From Gemmatimonadota bacterium (GTDB lineage Bacteria; Gemmatimonadota; Gemmatimonadetes; Gemmatimonadales; Gemmatimonadaceae): a stretch of 17,610 nucleotides of DNA. Positions 17,288-17,610 of the stretch are shown here, one piece after another (positions within the stretch are counted from its first letter, which is position 1; each line of letters starts with the position of its first letter). Below the pieces are notes generated by a model that saw only the letters and a program-made list of their open reading frames with translations, did no database searches and was not told where the DNA came from. The translations under genes were made by a program, and so were the position numbers. Location: positions 1 to 17,610 of the forward strand of contig JANMLN010000176.1 of NCBI GenBank assembly GCA_031372565.1, read 5' to 3'.

Positions 17288-17610
17288 TCAGATGGCGAGG
17301 ACGGGTCGAGCGAACGCCCGACGACGGTGGCGGCAGAGCAGGGTATACCACGCGATCCCGACCAGCGCCGCCCACTGGATCGCGGTGAGCCCGCCATACA
17401 GTGCGCTCGGCAGCGTGCCCGCCGCCAGCGCGCCGAACGGCGGCTTGAGCCATTCCAGAGCGAAGCGGAGCGCGGCGTATCCGCCCACGAAGGCCGCGAA
17501 TCGGGCGCCTGGCGTATCCGCCCACCGTGTGCGGACGGCGGCGTACAGCAAGAGCACGGCGGCGATCTCGTACAGGGCCACGGGATGCCTCAAGATCCCG
17601 TCGCCGTAGT
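17288..17610 (-). CDS. Prolipoprotein diacylglyceryl transferase (Lgt)-family protein, C-terminal part (5' end outside the window)
   Basis: The frame is open to the window edge and reads YGDGILRHPVALYE...F..F..GYAALRFALEWLK...GLTAIQW, matching the Lgt HPxQLYE and Y...RF..E motifs. Confidence 0.82.
   Translation of the reverse strand, partial: YGDGILRHPVALYEIAAVLLLYAAVRTRWADTPGARFAAFVGGYAALRFALEWLKPPFGALAAGTLPSALYGGLTAIQWAALVGIAWYTLLCRHRRRAFARPVLAI

Noticed and set aside
15859..17388. Long + strand ORF (509 aa) and other long antisense or alternate-frame ORFs (e.g. 3813-5126, 6410-7501, 10998-12533)
   Set aside because: These are shadow frames of well-supported genes in high-GC DNA, and they show no recognisable motifs.

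Overview
High-GC bacterial chromosomal window; gene style and order suggest Gemmatimonadota (inference, not verified). Most of it is housekeeping on the + strand: yceD-rpmF-plsX-fabH-fabD-fabG-acpP-fabF (fatty-acid synthesis), mqnE-mqnA-mqnC (futalosine menaquinone pathway), ispF, a DedA protein, xerD, a PabA/TrpG glutamine amidotransferase, a predicted outer-membrane protein and an M19 dipeptidase. The most interesting part is a convergent - strand cluster at the right end. It holds an Lgt-like diacylglyceryl transferase (cut by the window edge), a Tes/GDGT-MAS (MJ0619/COG1964)-like radical SAM enzyme, and a translationally coupled 76-aa membrane protein with one lipobox-like Cys. I know of no characterised function for this combination, and it is a candidate lipid-modification system. 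Smaller points: a decayed toxin-antitoxin-like pair near the left end, a 3x39-bp array of REP-like hairpins between fabF and mqnE, several leaderless-type promoters, and an MqnE with a CX5CX2C motif. All family assignments come from motif recognition by eye; no searches were run.
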